From assembly GCA_009602735.1 (NCBI GenBank), contig WELA01003517.1, positions 356,028 through 420,027 on the forward strand: a stretch of DNA of 64,000 nucleotides, given 5' to 3'. Positions 26,901 through 40,439 of this stretch are shown piece by piece (the stretch's first letter is position 1; each line of letters begins with the position of its first letter). The notes beneath the pieces are model-generated. The model did not search any database and was not told the DNA's origin. It saw nothing but the letters and a program-made list of their open reading frames with translations. The translations under genes were made by a program, and so were the position numbers. Source of the stretch: Mesotaenium endlicherianum. Taxonomy: Eukaryota.

Positions 26901-29114
26901 GATTGGAATAAGAATGTTTGAGACTTTGACCCTATTTTTTGTCATTTGGCCACATGTATTGCGGATGTCATTGCAACAAAATTTGATGACAAAAATTGCT
27001 TTGCTGAAGACTAGGTATAGTGTGGGCCCAATATTGGTTCCAGAACCAAATTGAACACCACCACTAGCCAATTTTCTACGCCCCTATTTCTGAAGTTATA
27101 TAAATCAGAATTAAATGATTCAAGTATGCCTACATCCGTATGGACCCAAAGAGTACGGCAAAAATGAGTTTGTTGCAATCGGACACGTTCGCAGGAAGAT
27201 ACGCCATTTTGCCTGCCAAGAAATAGGTGAATTTCAATCAAATTTAGTCACTTTTGTTGCGGACTCGACCTTTTAACGCACGACAAGTTACATGCAAGAG
27301 TATGCTAAATCTTATGGTCAAAAATCTTACATAGACCAACACATGCTAGGCATATCTTCAAATGAAGATTTGTAAGGAAGGAAGCCTCCAATAACTATTT
27401 TTGACGTGCTCATAAAATTTGAGCTTATTTTGTAGAATATACCTATGGTAACCTATACTAGAAGTATTTTTCCGATTGTGGATTATTAAATACGAGGTAT
27501 GGGGGAATTGCTAAGGTAGGACCTTTAGGAGGGCCGTGGTTCATCGTGGAGCCATGGGCGACCGCAAGAGATTGCACTGAGGGTTTAAAGTACCTTATAT
27601 TAAATTACAAATATCTCAAGAAGTAACCAACCAAATGATTGCATTGTAAGACTTGCTCAAATGTTTACACATGTGTAACTTGCAGGGATATAAAAGAATA
27701 ATTAAATTATATGAGAATGGCAATGCAATTGGGTGCTTTAGGTTGACTTAGTCCTAATTTTCACATACTAAAAACTTGACCTCCACACACTTAAATGTCG
27801 ACATGGTTGTGGTGTTCACAAGCTAATAAACTATCCCAATGGTCCTCAAATGTCCATACGCACCTTTTGAAATGAATTGATTCCAATTGTAAGAGCCTGG
27901 TGACTACTTTCTACCAATGAAGAGGACTGTTGGTTGTCCAAAAGGTTTTCTTTGATCTCATATATTTCGATAGGTTGAAAATGTGAAAATCGATAATAAA
28001 GAATATCAAGAACGTCTCACGTGAAATATTAAGATAGGAAACGTACAATGGATTCACTTCTTTGTACAATCCAATCCAAATGGGGTCAATTCCTATAGCT
28101 TCTCGTGTGGATCCAAGTTGAATCGCTTTGTGACTTGAACATTTTCAAGGTGGACGTTAAGCCAATGAAGGGTGGGGGCAAATTTGCCAGTGATTTACTC
28201 TTAAATTTTTCAGGCCTTCAACAACCCTTTCAACATGACCAAACTGCCTCTCAAGTCCACCTTCTGATTGACCCAATTCTAACATACTGGCAAGACAAGC
28301 AACTTTGGCCCAATGCATCACGCACACAACTTCCACATCAGTCTACTACAATCACCAAATATGTGGAATGAATTGACTTACTTATAAGCGATCAACCATT
28401 CACAAAATTTCTTCATATGAGCAAGTAATCTTTATGGTACTTTCTAGTTAACTTATGAAATTGTAAAAGACCACACAACTATCATAAGCGATACAAGTTT
28501 AATGCAAACAACGAGCACCAATCATGCAAGCAGTTAATTTATACATAAAAAGGTTAGTAAGCAGTTCGTGTATCGGCTTGCAGTCTTGAATTCAAATATT
28601 CTCTTAGTAATGTGTACATATAATTGGCCTCGTTTTCGAATGCCAAAATCGAAGGCAACACCTAGCATATGCACATTGAATGAGTCGACTGTTCAACGGC
28701 AAGTGCGATGGCACCGCCTACCCGAGGGTTTAATCACGTTGGTGGGACCTCGGCTAACCAAATCCACAGCCATCTCCCATTGTCCCAAATCGCCATCTGC
28801 CTAGGGCGTCATCTGGCCATTCATCTAGCATATCATACTGAGATGCATTACTAGGCGGTTTAGTAATTCCATTTAGGGGGTCAGCTGGCTATCAAAGGAT
28901 GTGCCAGCGTATTGACTTGAGTTGACTTCAGCCTGCTACTATCGGCTGAGTCATTATACTGATTAAAACTAGATTCTATTATATAGAATATAAATCAAAA
29001 TTCTGCCGAGTGAATTTGATAAACTATTACAATCGACTGCACAATTATGTCTAGCAATTTACTGATTTATTATCATTCCTCTAACTTAAATTTTTGTCAC
29101 CTCGACAATACCTT

Positions 29115-31192
29115 AATACATATTTCTATGTTCTCGAAGCTCTATCTCCAGAAAAAGTAAAGCTACACCTTGACCTACATCGTCTATCAGGTGGCCTTCT
29201 GAACAACTCAAATTCAAGCAGAGTAGGACCTCTAGGTGATTGCAGCAAAATGACATCCCTCTCTTGTACAATTTACAGACTAACAGGTACAAAAATGGGG
29301 GCCTTGGAAGGGTGTTGCATGACATTGGCCAGTGGCACATTGCCTTGGGTAAATGGACTTGCTGGTGCCCTTCTGACTACCAATTACTGGCAGCTCTCCT
29401 GTTGGCCCTGTCAGATTGAGACTCATCCCCCACTGCTAAGGTTTCCCTGCTGCTGCTTCCCAGGTAAGTTATGTCCTTCTCCTGAGCTGTTGCTTTCTCG
29501 TCTGCCTCCTGTAATTGCCTCTGGAACTGTAGAGCCTTTTCGGCAACAGAATGTCCAGCTTGCTGCAGTGTAGTAGGTCTTGCAGGAGGTTAGAACCTAG
29601 CAAGGCTAGACTTTGTCCCTTAAGTTTAGATTTCCAGGGTGCAATGTGAGGTGGCAGGATGACGTTGCCATTTCACTTGGAGTGAAAGTCATCTGCCCTG
29701 GTCTTGTCATTCTTGTGTTCCTTAATGATAATGGTCATCTAGCGCCAGTTCGTAGGCTGCTGGAAGAAAGCAAGGTCCCTTCTCTTCAGCTGGCAGGGAT
29801 ACCAATGGGGCTGCAAATAGCAGGTGGCTAGTCAACCTGGCCAAGAACTCCTAAGTTCTCTTCTCTATCTCATTATACGGGGACCGGAACCTATTTCTTG
29901 GTCGCACGTGCTTAAATCTATCAGATTACATGCAAATTATCCTGATGAGTCTGTGGGATCCCACTATTCCTATGTAACGATTTGAGCTTTTTTGGTGTAT
30001 TTGGGACGTTTTCCTGATAACCTAAAAAACGTTATACTATTTATCAATATTTTATTTGATAAATTATTGTATCTTGTTGAATTAATCGACACACGCATGT
30101 GCCAACTAATTCTTGGTCGATTGGCGAAACGACCTGATTGCTATTGCAAAAAGCATCGTAAAGTATTTTGATTATTTTGCAAAAGTACGACATAATTAAT
30201 CATGAAGCTACTTTGATTAATTGTGAAGGAAGAACTTAGTTACTTATTGATTAATTAATTTATTATGACTTTCATTATTTAACCCAAAAGAGAACACCTT
30301 TGAAGTGGCCACCTATCGGATTTGACCACGCGACCTTTCAGCCGAACAAGTTATCCCCCTTCGACTGTTTCCGTTGAACATGAGCCAGTACCCTAGATGG
30401 TGACTTGAAGCACTCCAGTGCCTCACGTTGTGCAAGTATATATACTTGCAAGAGTCATTGTGAGTGCAACTCTCACAAGCACAGATTTTATGCTACTTCC
30501 TTTTTGCTTTCTCCAGGATTGTTACTTATTCAAAATTATCGTTATTTTCTTTCCACTAAGTTTTAAATTATCCTTGAATACCGAGGAAAAGATTCTCAAG
30601 GAAGCAGAAACGTTCAGAAACGTTACCTCCTGGCACTGGAACTGTTGGGTCTTCAATATGGTTGGCCAGTACTTTGGCCTCTCTGGCACTATATCCCACC
30701 ATTCCGACATAGTCCTCATACAGGACGAGACCAGTATGGGTCTCAATATACATGTCCAGGGCTTCTTGCCCCTGTCTATGTAGAATCTTCTGTTGGTCTG
30801 TCTTCTTAATCTTTTGAGCAACCATAAATGTCTCCCTCAAGCTCTCGTCCACCACTGTGTACCAACAGCTCTTGTGCAGCCTTTGCCATTCCTTTTTTGC
30901 CTTCTGCTACCTCTTCATTTTAACAACCCTGTCCTCCGCAGCCTTTCAAAGTTTTTCCTCCTCACCTTTTCTGTCCTCCTCATCTTTTTTGAGTCTTTTC
31001 TCTCCAGCACTTCTAAGCCTCTTCTCCTCTACCTGTTTTTTTTGAGCCTCTCGTTGTTGTTGCAAACAATCTGCCTTGCGCCCAGAAATTGTAGTCGCCT
31101 CTATGTCTCAATTATATTTTGCTGTAGACTCCCTTTGCCTGCTCTGCTTTCAACTTCTTGATTTCGTCATTTTGCTTGGTCATCCTGCTCAT
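29115..31192 (-). pseudogene. Divergent homolog of the family-B extra ORF (split by a solo LTR)
   Basis: MSRMT start; GLVLYEDYVGMVGYSAREAK vs GLLLYHDYAMMVGYTVREAK; NRFRSPYNEIEKRT*EFLAR vs NRFKAMYNEVERRSWEFLAR. Confidence 0.75.
29973..30627 (+). mobile_element. Family-D solo LTR
   Basis: TGTAACG...CGTTACC termini; flanks TCCTA/TCCTG; removal restores the interrupted reading frame (VPG|IVG); homologous to 33223+ and 42756+. Confidence 0.8.
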
Positions 31193-33222
31193 ACACGCCA
31201 CAACTTAACTTAGTGTGGTCATAGAGTACCTTAGAATTGGATCAAGGAGTCAGAGCATGCAAGAAGGTCACCGATTGTTTAGCAAATAGGTAATCGTGCA
31301 ACCATAGAAATCTGGATATACCTTGTATGAGTAGAAAGATGGGCAAGCAAGAACGTTTCAGTGAGTGAGTGAATGTGTGAGTAGTTGAGTGTGGGTAGTG
31401 CTCTATGTAAGATGCAAATTCGGACCCCAAGAAGCTGTCATCCTCCCTCCAACTTAACTTAAGTTGGACTACACGTCACAAATTGTCACGTAACTGTCAC
31501 TTTCTGTCACTTTCCCCTCCAACGTAAATGGAGAAAGGACCTCCTGTCACCTTCCCATGTCAACTGAAATTACAATTAAGGTGGTGTATTCGCTTCTCGG
31601 AGCTAAAAGCGTTTCAACGCGCCCTTTGTGTTGGCCAAATGGTCCTTAAATTCCAAAGTGTCCCCAGATGCATCATTACCCTTCCATTTGACAAGGTACA
31701 TCGTGACATGTTTAGATGATCGACGGATGAAGTGTGCTTCTAAAATCTGATCAACTTCATACTCCTCAAAATCACCATCCAAGACCACAGGGACTGGTCC
31801 CGGTTGGACAAGTATCCGACTGGTGAACCTTGTATCACCCTTAATGTAAGGTTCCAAGAAAGAAACATTAATTATTGGGTGGCCCTTGTATTCCGCTGAC
31901 ATGTTTACTTTGTATGCATTCTGACCGACTCGACGTACCACCAAATGTGGACCAACCCAGACAGGTTAAAGCTTTTTCTTGACCACCACCAGGACCTTAT
32001 TTTGTCAGTTTGTTCACTAGTACCAGAATAGAATCATGCCCATTGGCAATTCCCAGTAGTGTTACCACCCAGTCCATTGAGCTGGTTTCCAACCTTTCAG
32101 CTAGAATAGGTAATGGCTGCAATAACCCTCCAGGTGGTGTGTGTCTAGGCTTATTCTTCTGACACTGATCACAGGCCTACCGAGGCAAACCTTCCCAATG
32201 GTAGTGTTTTGCCAAATCTGCCAACTGTTTTGGCCTGCCTCAAATGCCCACCCAATAGATCGTCATGAGCCTGACTCAGCAGCAAAGACCTTATTTCCAA
32301 CTTATGTGAGTTATTTGGAATGACCAACTTCAACCTGCTTAAAGAGATTCCATTCATCCGGATCCCTCCCGTTTGCCTGTACTTGAGTGCTGTAGCAGGA
32401 CACACAACATCAGTTGGACTGGACTTAAATATTGGGTCAGAAAAGTAGGCTTTTCTAAGTTGTTCAAGGAAGGAATTTTTCACCTTAAGTGAAGTGAGTG
32501 TACAAATGGTTTAATCCACAAAATGGTGATCAAAGTTCCTTTCTTGCAAGTCAGGTCTTCTAGAGAGAGCATCAGCAAGATTCAACTTCTCTGGTTTGTA
32601 GTCCATCTGGACCTGGAACTGCTCCAGCATCTGGTTCCAGCGGTTCTCCCTCCTAGATAGCTTGGGCTTTTTCTAAAAGTGCGTCAAAGCTAGATAATCT
32701 GTAAATACCGTAAACGCTTTCCCATGTAAGTAGGCTCTCCCTGTTTGAGAACATGGATAATAGCTAGCAACTCTTTATCATGCACAAAATAGTTAATCGC
32801 AGCTGGATTGAACTTCATATACTCATACCGCACGGGATGCCACTCCTGCTTCATCAAGCCATTCTTTGTGGTCTTGTCTGCAGGCTGCAACAAAATAGCA
32901 CCCATGGCAAAGTCAGAAGCGTCAGTAACCATCCGCACAGGCTTGCTGGGGTCATACACAACGAGATTTGGGGAAGAGCACAGAGCATCTTTAAGGGTTT
33001 AGAAGGTAACTTCCTGCTCTTCCCTCCACACATACTCTATGTCCTTCTTAGTAAGGTCAGTCAATTTTTTGGTCTTAGGTATAATGATTCTCAATAAATT
33101 TTCTATAATATTCAGCCAATCCAAGAACGAATTTAACTTATGAGACAGATTAAGGTACTGGCCAGTCCCTTATGGTCTGGACTGCCTGTGGGTCAACACT
33201 AATACCTTCCTTACTGACCACA

Positions 33223-34589
33223 TGTAACAAACAGAGCTCTTATCTAATTACCTAAATTACGTTCTACTCTTTATTTGTAAAAGATGGCATATTTGTTGAA
33301 TTTATTGACACACACGTGTGCCGAATCAATTTTGGGTCGATTGGCAAAATGACCAATTTGCTATTGCAAAAAGAATCGTAAAGTTATCTTGATTACTTTG
33401 CAAAAATATAATTTTATTAATCATTTAATTTAACCAAACATGCAAAGTTAGTTTGTATCCATGAGGATTCGAACCCTCAACCCTTTGTTCGATTCGTTCA
33501 CATCTGACCGATTGGCGAAGTAGATATTCATACCTGGTTATGGAATACGTATCTGCCGTATACGTATTACGTGAACGTACACACGTATTACGTCGAAGGT
33601 TGCCATATCACGAGCTAAATACGTGTGTCGGCGGAAAAACCGACATGTAAATCGACGGCGCGTGTGAAAAGCCAAAAATTGTGGACTCTGACAATTTGAC
33701 CGAACAAATAACGAACACGCGTCAAGTTATCGCCAATTAAACAAGAAGTGGCTGACGGGCACTGACGACTAGGGGTGGTCGGGAGTCGGGTGTGGTCGGG
33801 AGTGGTTGGGAGTGGTCGGAAGCCATCTGCATAGAATTTAGTGAACGGGGGCACAAGTAGTTGTTGGTCTTGTTAAGTGGCAAACGCGACTTTTCGGCCG
33901 AGTCTGTCCGTCGTCACTGGTCCAGTCGACAGACCCGTACATATACGGAATGAATATTGAAGTGAAACTTCTTTGAAATGGTTTGAATTGAATAAACTGG
34001 AGCAAAGCGACCCGGCTCTATCTACCTTATTTATTAATCCGCCTATTATACGTATTTTGTCACTACGGCAAAATACGCCGCATTATACGCCGCCAAATGA
34101 CCAATACGTGTGTATCCCATAACTAGGTATTTATAACTATTGACTCATGTCATATGAATGTGTACACAACCGCGCAAGCAGACGCAACTTCCAACAAGTC
34201 GCGTGATCGCAAATACGCTTGTTTGGCGTTAAAAGATTTTTCGGAAATTGTCGCGTAACCTCCAAACGGCCGAACAACTCGTATTGCGTATTCGGCCAAA
34301 AGGGTTACGGTCGTTCGCTCGTCGTTGAACATAAACCAGTGCCCTAGCAGGTGCAACTTGAAGCACTCCAGTGCCTCATATTGTGCGAGCATATATACTT
34401 GCAAGAATCATTGTGAGTGCAACTCTCACAAGCACGCTTTCCACGACTTTTCATTTTCATTCTCACATGCTCAAGGAGTAGCAACAACGCAAAGATATTG
34501 TTATGTTCTTTCCACTACGTACTAATTTCTCTTACATACCAAGCAAAGACCCCAAAAAAAAACAAAAATGTTACTTCGGTATCAGGGCC
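33223..34589 (+). mobile_element. Family-D 5' LTR (33223-34575, containing a MITE) followed by a degenerate iMet PBS
   Basis: TGTAAC start; shared blocks with 29973-30627 (GCTATTGCAAAAAG, CTTGAAGCACTCCAGTGCCTCA); ends TGTTAC(T), then CGGTATCAGGGCC. Confidence 0.7.
33533..34127. mobile_element. Non-autonomous DNA transposon (MITE), ~595 bp
   Basis: TIR CCTGGTTATGGAATAC / GTATCCCATAACTAGG (2 mismatches); 8-bp flanks TATTCATA/TATTTATA; absent from the solo D LTR. Confidence 0.7.
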
Positions 34590-35639
34590 GATCTCGGTTT
34601 CTCCAAGGAAATTTCTGTTAGTGTGGTTATAAATATATTTTGGAGAAAACATACTTTTAAGTAAAACATTGATATAGTGGTTATTTGCGTCGAGATTTCC
34701 CCCCCATGCTCGCGGTCGCCGCATCAAAATTATATTTTGGATGATGATTCCCCTCGTCCTACTTCTTCCCCTTCACGTGGCCCTCACACGCCACGTTATT
34801 CGCCATTTGAGCCTTGCGGCCCACGTCGCCGTGATGACGTCGACCTTCATTCGTACTGCCGGAATCGCCTCCTTCTCCTACACCACCCCCGCCTTGTTCA
34901 CCTACGCCTCCTCCACCTTGTTCACCCACGCCCCCACCGCGCGAACCAACCCCTTCGCCTCGTGCTCCACACGTGCGGCCCGCCATTATTGATTCGTTGC
35001 CTTTTGATCCTAATGGGCACTATTTTCATAAGTGGAACGAGGAGGGGCATTGGCTAGAATTAGTCTTCTAGCCCACTCCAGCCAACTATCAACGTGTCTA
35101 TAGTCCGCGTTTTCGCAGTCGCTCTTGGTTTGTGAGGCCCGGAAGCCGTTTGTCGTGGCCGTGCGTCTAGACGAGGGCATATTGATAATCTTTATGTTGA
35201 CCAGCGTATGACTGTGGCCAAGGATTCGTACAATATGGATTAGACTCGTGTTAGGTCTACTGATCAATAACGAGGTCATTGAGTCAATGCTCTTGCTGAT
35301 TATGCACGCTGCCCTTGCTTGTAGTATGTGGGTAGTCCCTTTAAAAGAGTAGCTCAGGAGCCAATTGCAGAGCCTCCTTCTGAGCTATTCACAACACTCC
35401 TTAGTGTGTTACCTTATCCAGTGTTATGCACACTTGTCTTGTTTAAGAAAAACGCAAACATGTATTGCACCAATATATATTGCTGCATTCACTCATAAGC
35501 GCGAGAATTCTAAACACATACTTCAAATTCTCGCGCATTCAGCAATGCAAAATGGGACACATTTTCCAATTTTCTCTCAAGGCGAGGACTTTGCTCGTAA
35601 TGCATAACGTTTCCTTGGCTTTGAATATGACGTTTGAGG

Positions 35640-38600
35640 ATGGTAAGGTAAAGCAAGAGTGGCATCCTGTGTTGTATGAGTCTATGATTAATTATTCCGT
35701 GCATGATAAAGAGCTGCTAGCTATCATTCATGTGCTCAAACAGTAGAGAGCATACTTACATGGTAAAACTTTTAAGATGATTACAGATCATCTAGCTCTG
35801 ACTCACTTTCAGAAGTCCGAGCTCTCAAGGAGGGAGAACCGCTGGAGCTAGATGCTGGAGCAATTTCAAGTCCACATTGACTACAAACTAGGGAAGTTGA
35901 ATCCTGCTGATGCACTCTCTAGAAGACCTGACTTGCAAAAAAGGAACTTTAGTCAGTATGCTGTAGATAAAGTCCTGTGTGCACTCACTTCACTAAAGGT
36001 GAAAAAGTCCTCCATTGAACAACTTAGGAAAGCCTACTTTTCTGACCCAACATTTGAGCCCAGCCCCACTACTGGTGTGTGTCGTGCTATTGCACTCGGG
36101 TATAAGCTTAAGGGAGGGGTCTGGGTGACTAAAACCACTTCAGGCAGGCTGAAGCTGGTCATTCCTAATAGCTTGGAAATAAGGTCCCTTTCATTGAGTC
36201 AAGCACATGAGAGTTTATTGGGTGGGCATTTGGGGCAAGCCAAAACTGTTGGCAAACTGGCAAAACATTATCATTGGGAGGGATTACCTCGGAAGGTCTT
36301 GAAATACGTTAAGTCCTGTGACCAGTGTCAAAAGAATAAGTCTAGGCACACACCAACTGGGGGGCTATTACAACCACTACCCATCCCAACTAGACGTTGG
36401 GAATCAACATCCATGGACTGGGTGGTAACACTGCCACGAACTGCCAATGGGCATCATTCGATATTGGTAGTTGTGGATAAACTGGCAAAAATGGTCATTT
36501 TCATCCCCACAACTGTCAAAGTAACTGCACTCTAAACAGCGAGATAGTTCTACAACCATGTAGTATGCCAACATGGGCTACCCTCTAATATCATCTCAGA
36601 CAGAGACTCAAAAATTACCTCTAAGTCCTGGAGAGCTTTAATGGGGTTAATGGGAGTCAAACAGTTGCTCAGCAGAGCAAAGCACCCTCAGACCGATGGG
36701 CAGACTGAAAGAACTAACCGAGTTTTGCAAGAGGTGCTGAGAGCATACATTAACCAAAAACAAGACAATTGGGATGACCTGTTACCTCAAGTCCAATTTG
36801 CGGTCAACAATGCGGTGCACGCGTCAACGGGCAAGACTCCTTTTGAACTGAGCCTGGGGTAGAGTCCCTATGTCTCCTTTAGATGTACTAGGGGAGTCTT
36901 TAAGTCACCCTGAGGGGATTGACAATTCGGTCTCCCTCCAGTTAAATCAGGATTTTGCTGACACCCTGTCACAAGTCCAACAGAACCTGCACAAAGCCCA
37001 AGCAAACCAACGAAAATACGCTAATCAGCACCGTCGAGAATTGACATTTTCTAAGGGCGATTTGGTCAAACTGCATTCTCAGCACCAGTAACTGCCTGGG
37101 GTGGTCAAGAAAAAGCTTGGTCCTGTCTGGGTCGGTCCATATTTGGTGGTGCGCTGTGTCGGTCACAATGCTTACAAACTGAACATGCCAGCAGAATACA
37201 AGGGTCACCCGGTCATTAATGTCTCCTTCCTCGAACCATACATTAAAGGTGACACACTGTTCACAGGTCGGTTACCTGTCCAACCGGGACCAGTCCCCGC
37301 TGTCCGGGATGGTGATCTTGAGGAATATGAGGTCGAGGAGATTTTAGACGCTCGCTCTGTCCGTCGATTATCTAAATATGTCATGAAGTACCTGGTCAGA
37401 TGGAAGGGTTACGATGCCTCTAGGGACACTTGAGAATTTAAATTCCAGCTGACCAATGCCAAAGGGGCGTTGAAACGGTTTTACCTTTAGGCGGCTGGTA
37501 CCCTTCCCTAACAATCATTTCAGTAAATATGGATAGGTGACAGGAGGTCCTGTCTCTATATCAGTCGGAGGGGAATGTGATAGTTAGTGACAGATAGTGA
37601 CAGTGGTGACAGGCAGCCCACCTTTAAGCTTAAGTTGGAGGGAGTGTGTTCCGTTTCGGGATTAACCAGGCAAATTTTATAATCATTCTACACACTCAAC
37701 CTGTGCTCATACTCACTTTTTCTCTCTAACTCAATTCTCTCTTATATTCACTCATACAAGGTACTACACGCTGGGGATTCTCCCTATCACGTTCTTCTTA
37801 ACAACGGGCACTCAGTAGCGGCTAAGTATCATGACTATACTAACTTCATTGTGTTTATGATTGAGCAGGATGACTCAGAAGTTGGAACTTAAGAGGAAGA
37901 GAAGAGCGGAAGAGGCACACGCAGAATACTTGCAATTTCGTGGCGACATCAAATCATCCTCCATCTCCGCTCGGGAATCACAACGACTCCAACAACAGCG
38001 GGAGGCACAAAAGAAGAAGGAGGAGGAGGAGCAGGCCAGGCTGAGGCAGGAAGAATTGGACAGAAAAGTTGCAGAGAAGGCCAAGAGGGCGAAAGAGGAG
38101 AGGCAAGCTGAGGAGAGGCGGAAGCAGCAGGATGACAAAGAAGAACAGAGGAGAATCAGAAGCTACCGCTACACGCTGCTGGGCAAGGCCTTTGATCTAC
38201 TAGAGGAGGCCTTCAAGTATGCCCAGAGAAGTCGCAGTGAGGCACAGCAGGACATCTTGCAGAGGGAAGGGGAGACATCTAAAAACTTCGACAAGGATAT
38301 AGTGGTCAGCATAGGGCTACTCCTCTACCACGATTATGCCATGATGGTAGGTTATACAGTCAGAGAGGCCAAGGCAATGGCCCAAGCAAATGAGACAGGA
38401 GCTGTATTGATCCCAGGTATCTGGGGAAAGGATAGGGTCATCAGGATGACCCCCATGGACGCGGACAACTTTAAGGACTCTACACCCCATAACCGGTTCA
38501 AGGCCATGTATAATGAGGTGGAGAGGAGAAGCTGGGAGTTCTTGGCCAGAGAAACCAGTCAACTGGACTTCGCAGGGCACTGGTACCCGTGCACTCTGAA

Positions 38601-40415
38601 AAGAACAACCCCTGCCTTTTTCCAGAAACCCACCGATTGGCGGTGGATGACCATCAACATGAGGGACCAGCAAAATGACAAGGCAAGGGAGGAAGACTTC
38701 CTAACGGACCTATAGGGGAACATAGTGTTGCCTCCTCATATTGCCGCTTGGGACCCAAGACTGGATGGAGTAAGAGACTGCATGAGCCAAGAAATACAGG
38801 AGGACAGCAGCAGGGCCCGTGAGTCATTCTCTAAAGGGAAGCACGCTTATGCCAAATGGGCAAGCAAGCAGGAAGGAAAGGACCTGTATGCAATCCGGAC
38901 TCAACAGCCCCTACCAGCACCCAAAAGGGGATGGTCAGTGGGATTTTTTTTTTCTTGGGAAGAGCTGGAGCAGCTGACAGAAGAGACCCCAGCGGTCTCA
39001 GAGTAACCAGGGGAAGGAGAGGTGGAGGGATCGGAGGAAGAAGAAAGGAAGGCGAGGAAGAGGACACTAGCCCCGCTGTGATCCTGACACCTGCCACATC
39101 CCCTGTAAGGGAGAAGACTGGGTTGGCCTTGCAACAGCTCGCTGAAGAGGAAGATATCACTTGGCTGGGAACTGCCAGAGGATAGAGGCCATCTGCAGGC
39201 ACAGAGACCCAGTCAGACGGGGCAAACAGGAGGGCTGCTAGAGAGATAGCTGGAGGCCTGCCAGCATCTCCCTCGCAGAGAGGGCATGTGCCCTTGGCTC
39301 ATGTCATGCAACATCCTTCTGGGATGCCGGTATATGTACCTGTCAGTTTGAGGTGTGTCCAGAAGAAGATTGCCTCCAATCAATTCCAGACTGTGCAAGA
39401 GGAAATAGTTCAGGAACTGCGTTCTCCGCGGGGCCCCTACGCGGATCCCCCATGCTTCAGGAGACCCCAAGACAGGAGGAGGTCTGGCTCCCCTGATCAT
39501 GGGGCCCAAGGAACATCTCCTTCCTAATGGCAGTAGGCTGAAGGTCAACGAGAGAGCACGCTGTTACTAGTGACCCCACCCGTTAGGTATCAGGGTTGAA
39601 GCAAAAGGTGTTGGGAGGCAGATCAGCACTTTCAGCTAGAGGGACCAGGTACCTAGTGTTAGTGTTGTCGAGGCGACAATTTGTTAAGTTGGAGGGATTG
39701 TAATGAATCAGTATATTGGTAGATATAATATTCGTCTAAATATAGTAGTTAATTAAGTTCAGCCTGCTGAACTTTAGTTAATATTCAGTCTGCTGGACTT
39801 CATAAATTAATCAATTTAATGACTCAGCCGGGAGGAGCAGGCTGAAGTCAACTTAGGTCAGCTTGCTGACACACTCTTTGACAGCCATTTGACTTCCGTA
39901 CTCGGTAGCAGCGAACTGCCTAGATATGCATCTAAGTGTGGTGTGCTAGATGAATGGCCAGATGACATCCCTATGATGGATGGCGATTTGGGATGATGGG
40001 AGATGGCGGATTTGGTTAACCGAGGTCCTACCAACGTGGTTAACTCCCGGGTAGGCAGTGCCATCGCACCGGCCGTTGAAAAGTAAACTCATTCCTTGTA
40101 CATATGCTAGGCATTGCTCTCGAGTTTGGCATTCGGGAACGAGGCCAACTCTCTTGTACAGCTTACTGAGAGAGATCTGAATCCAAGGCGAGAAGCCATT
40201 GATATGCACTATCTCCTAGCCTTGCTTAAGTGTGAGTTTACTGATTGCATTATTGATGCTAGTTTACTACCATTTGACTTACGAGTATTGTCCACTGCTA
40301 GTGTGTTGTCCTTTTGCTGTTTAATCAATCAACAGAACATACCACAAAGATTACTTGCTGATATAAAGATCGTCATTATTTGTTAATCGCCTTTTTAGTA
40401 AGTCGATTCATTTCA
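35640..40415 (+). mobile_element. Family B copy B3 (5'-truncated): RNase H, integrase, chromodomain, extra ORF and 3' LTR 39699-40415
   Basis: Very similar to B1 in reverse orientation; PPT AAGTTGGAGGGAT before TGTAATG; LTR ends CATTTCA. Confidence 0.92.
37861..39527 (+). pseudogene. Family-B extra ORF, best-preserved copy (~555 codons)
   Basis: KRKRR basic motif, E/K/R/Q coiled-coil-like tract, Trp-rich core, acidic linker; terminal TAA shared with B1. Confidence 0.82.
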
Positions 40416-40439
40416 ATAAATGTGCTGTTTGTTGAGAAT

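Larger units (their letters stand above)
28364..33222 (-). mobile_element. Family B copy B2 (diverged, 5'-truncated, internally deleted); 3' LTR 28364-29075
   Basis: RNase H, integrase and chromodomain fragments similar to B1; PPT-like TTCCTCTAACTT next to the LTR; interrupted by a solo LTR at 29973. Confidence 0.85.

Noticed and set aside
27770..27803. Possible B2 end of the relic (ACTTGACCTC...GACA)
   Set aside because: Upstream sequence does not match the relic's B1.
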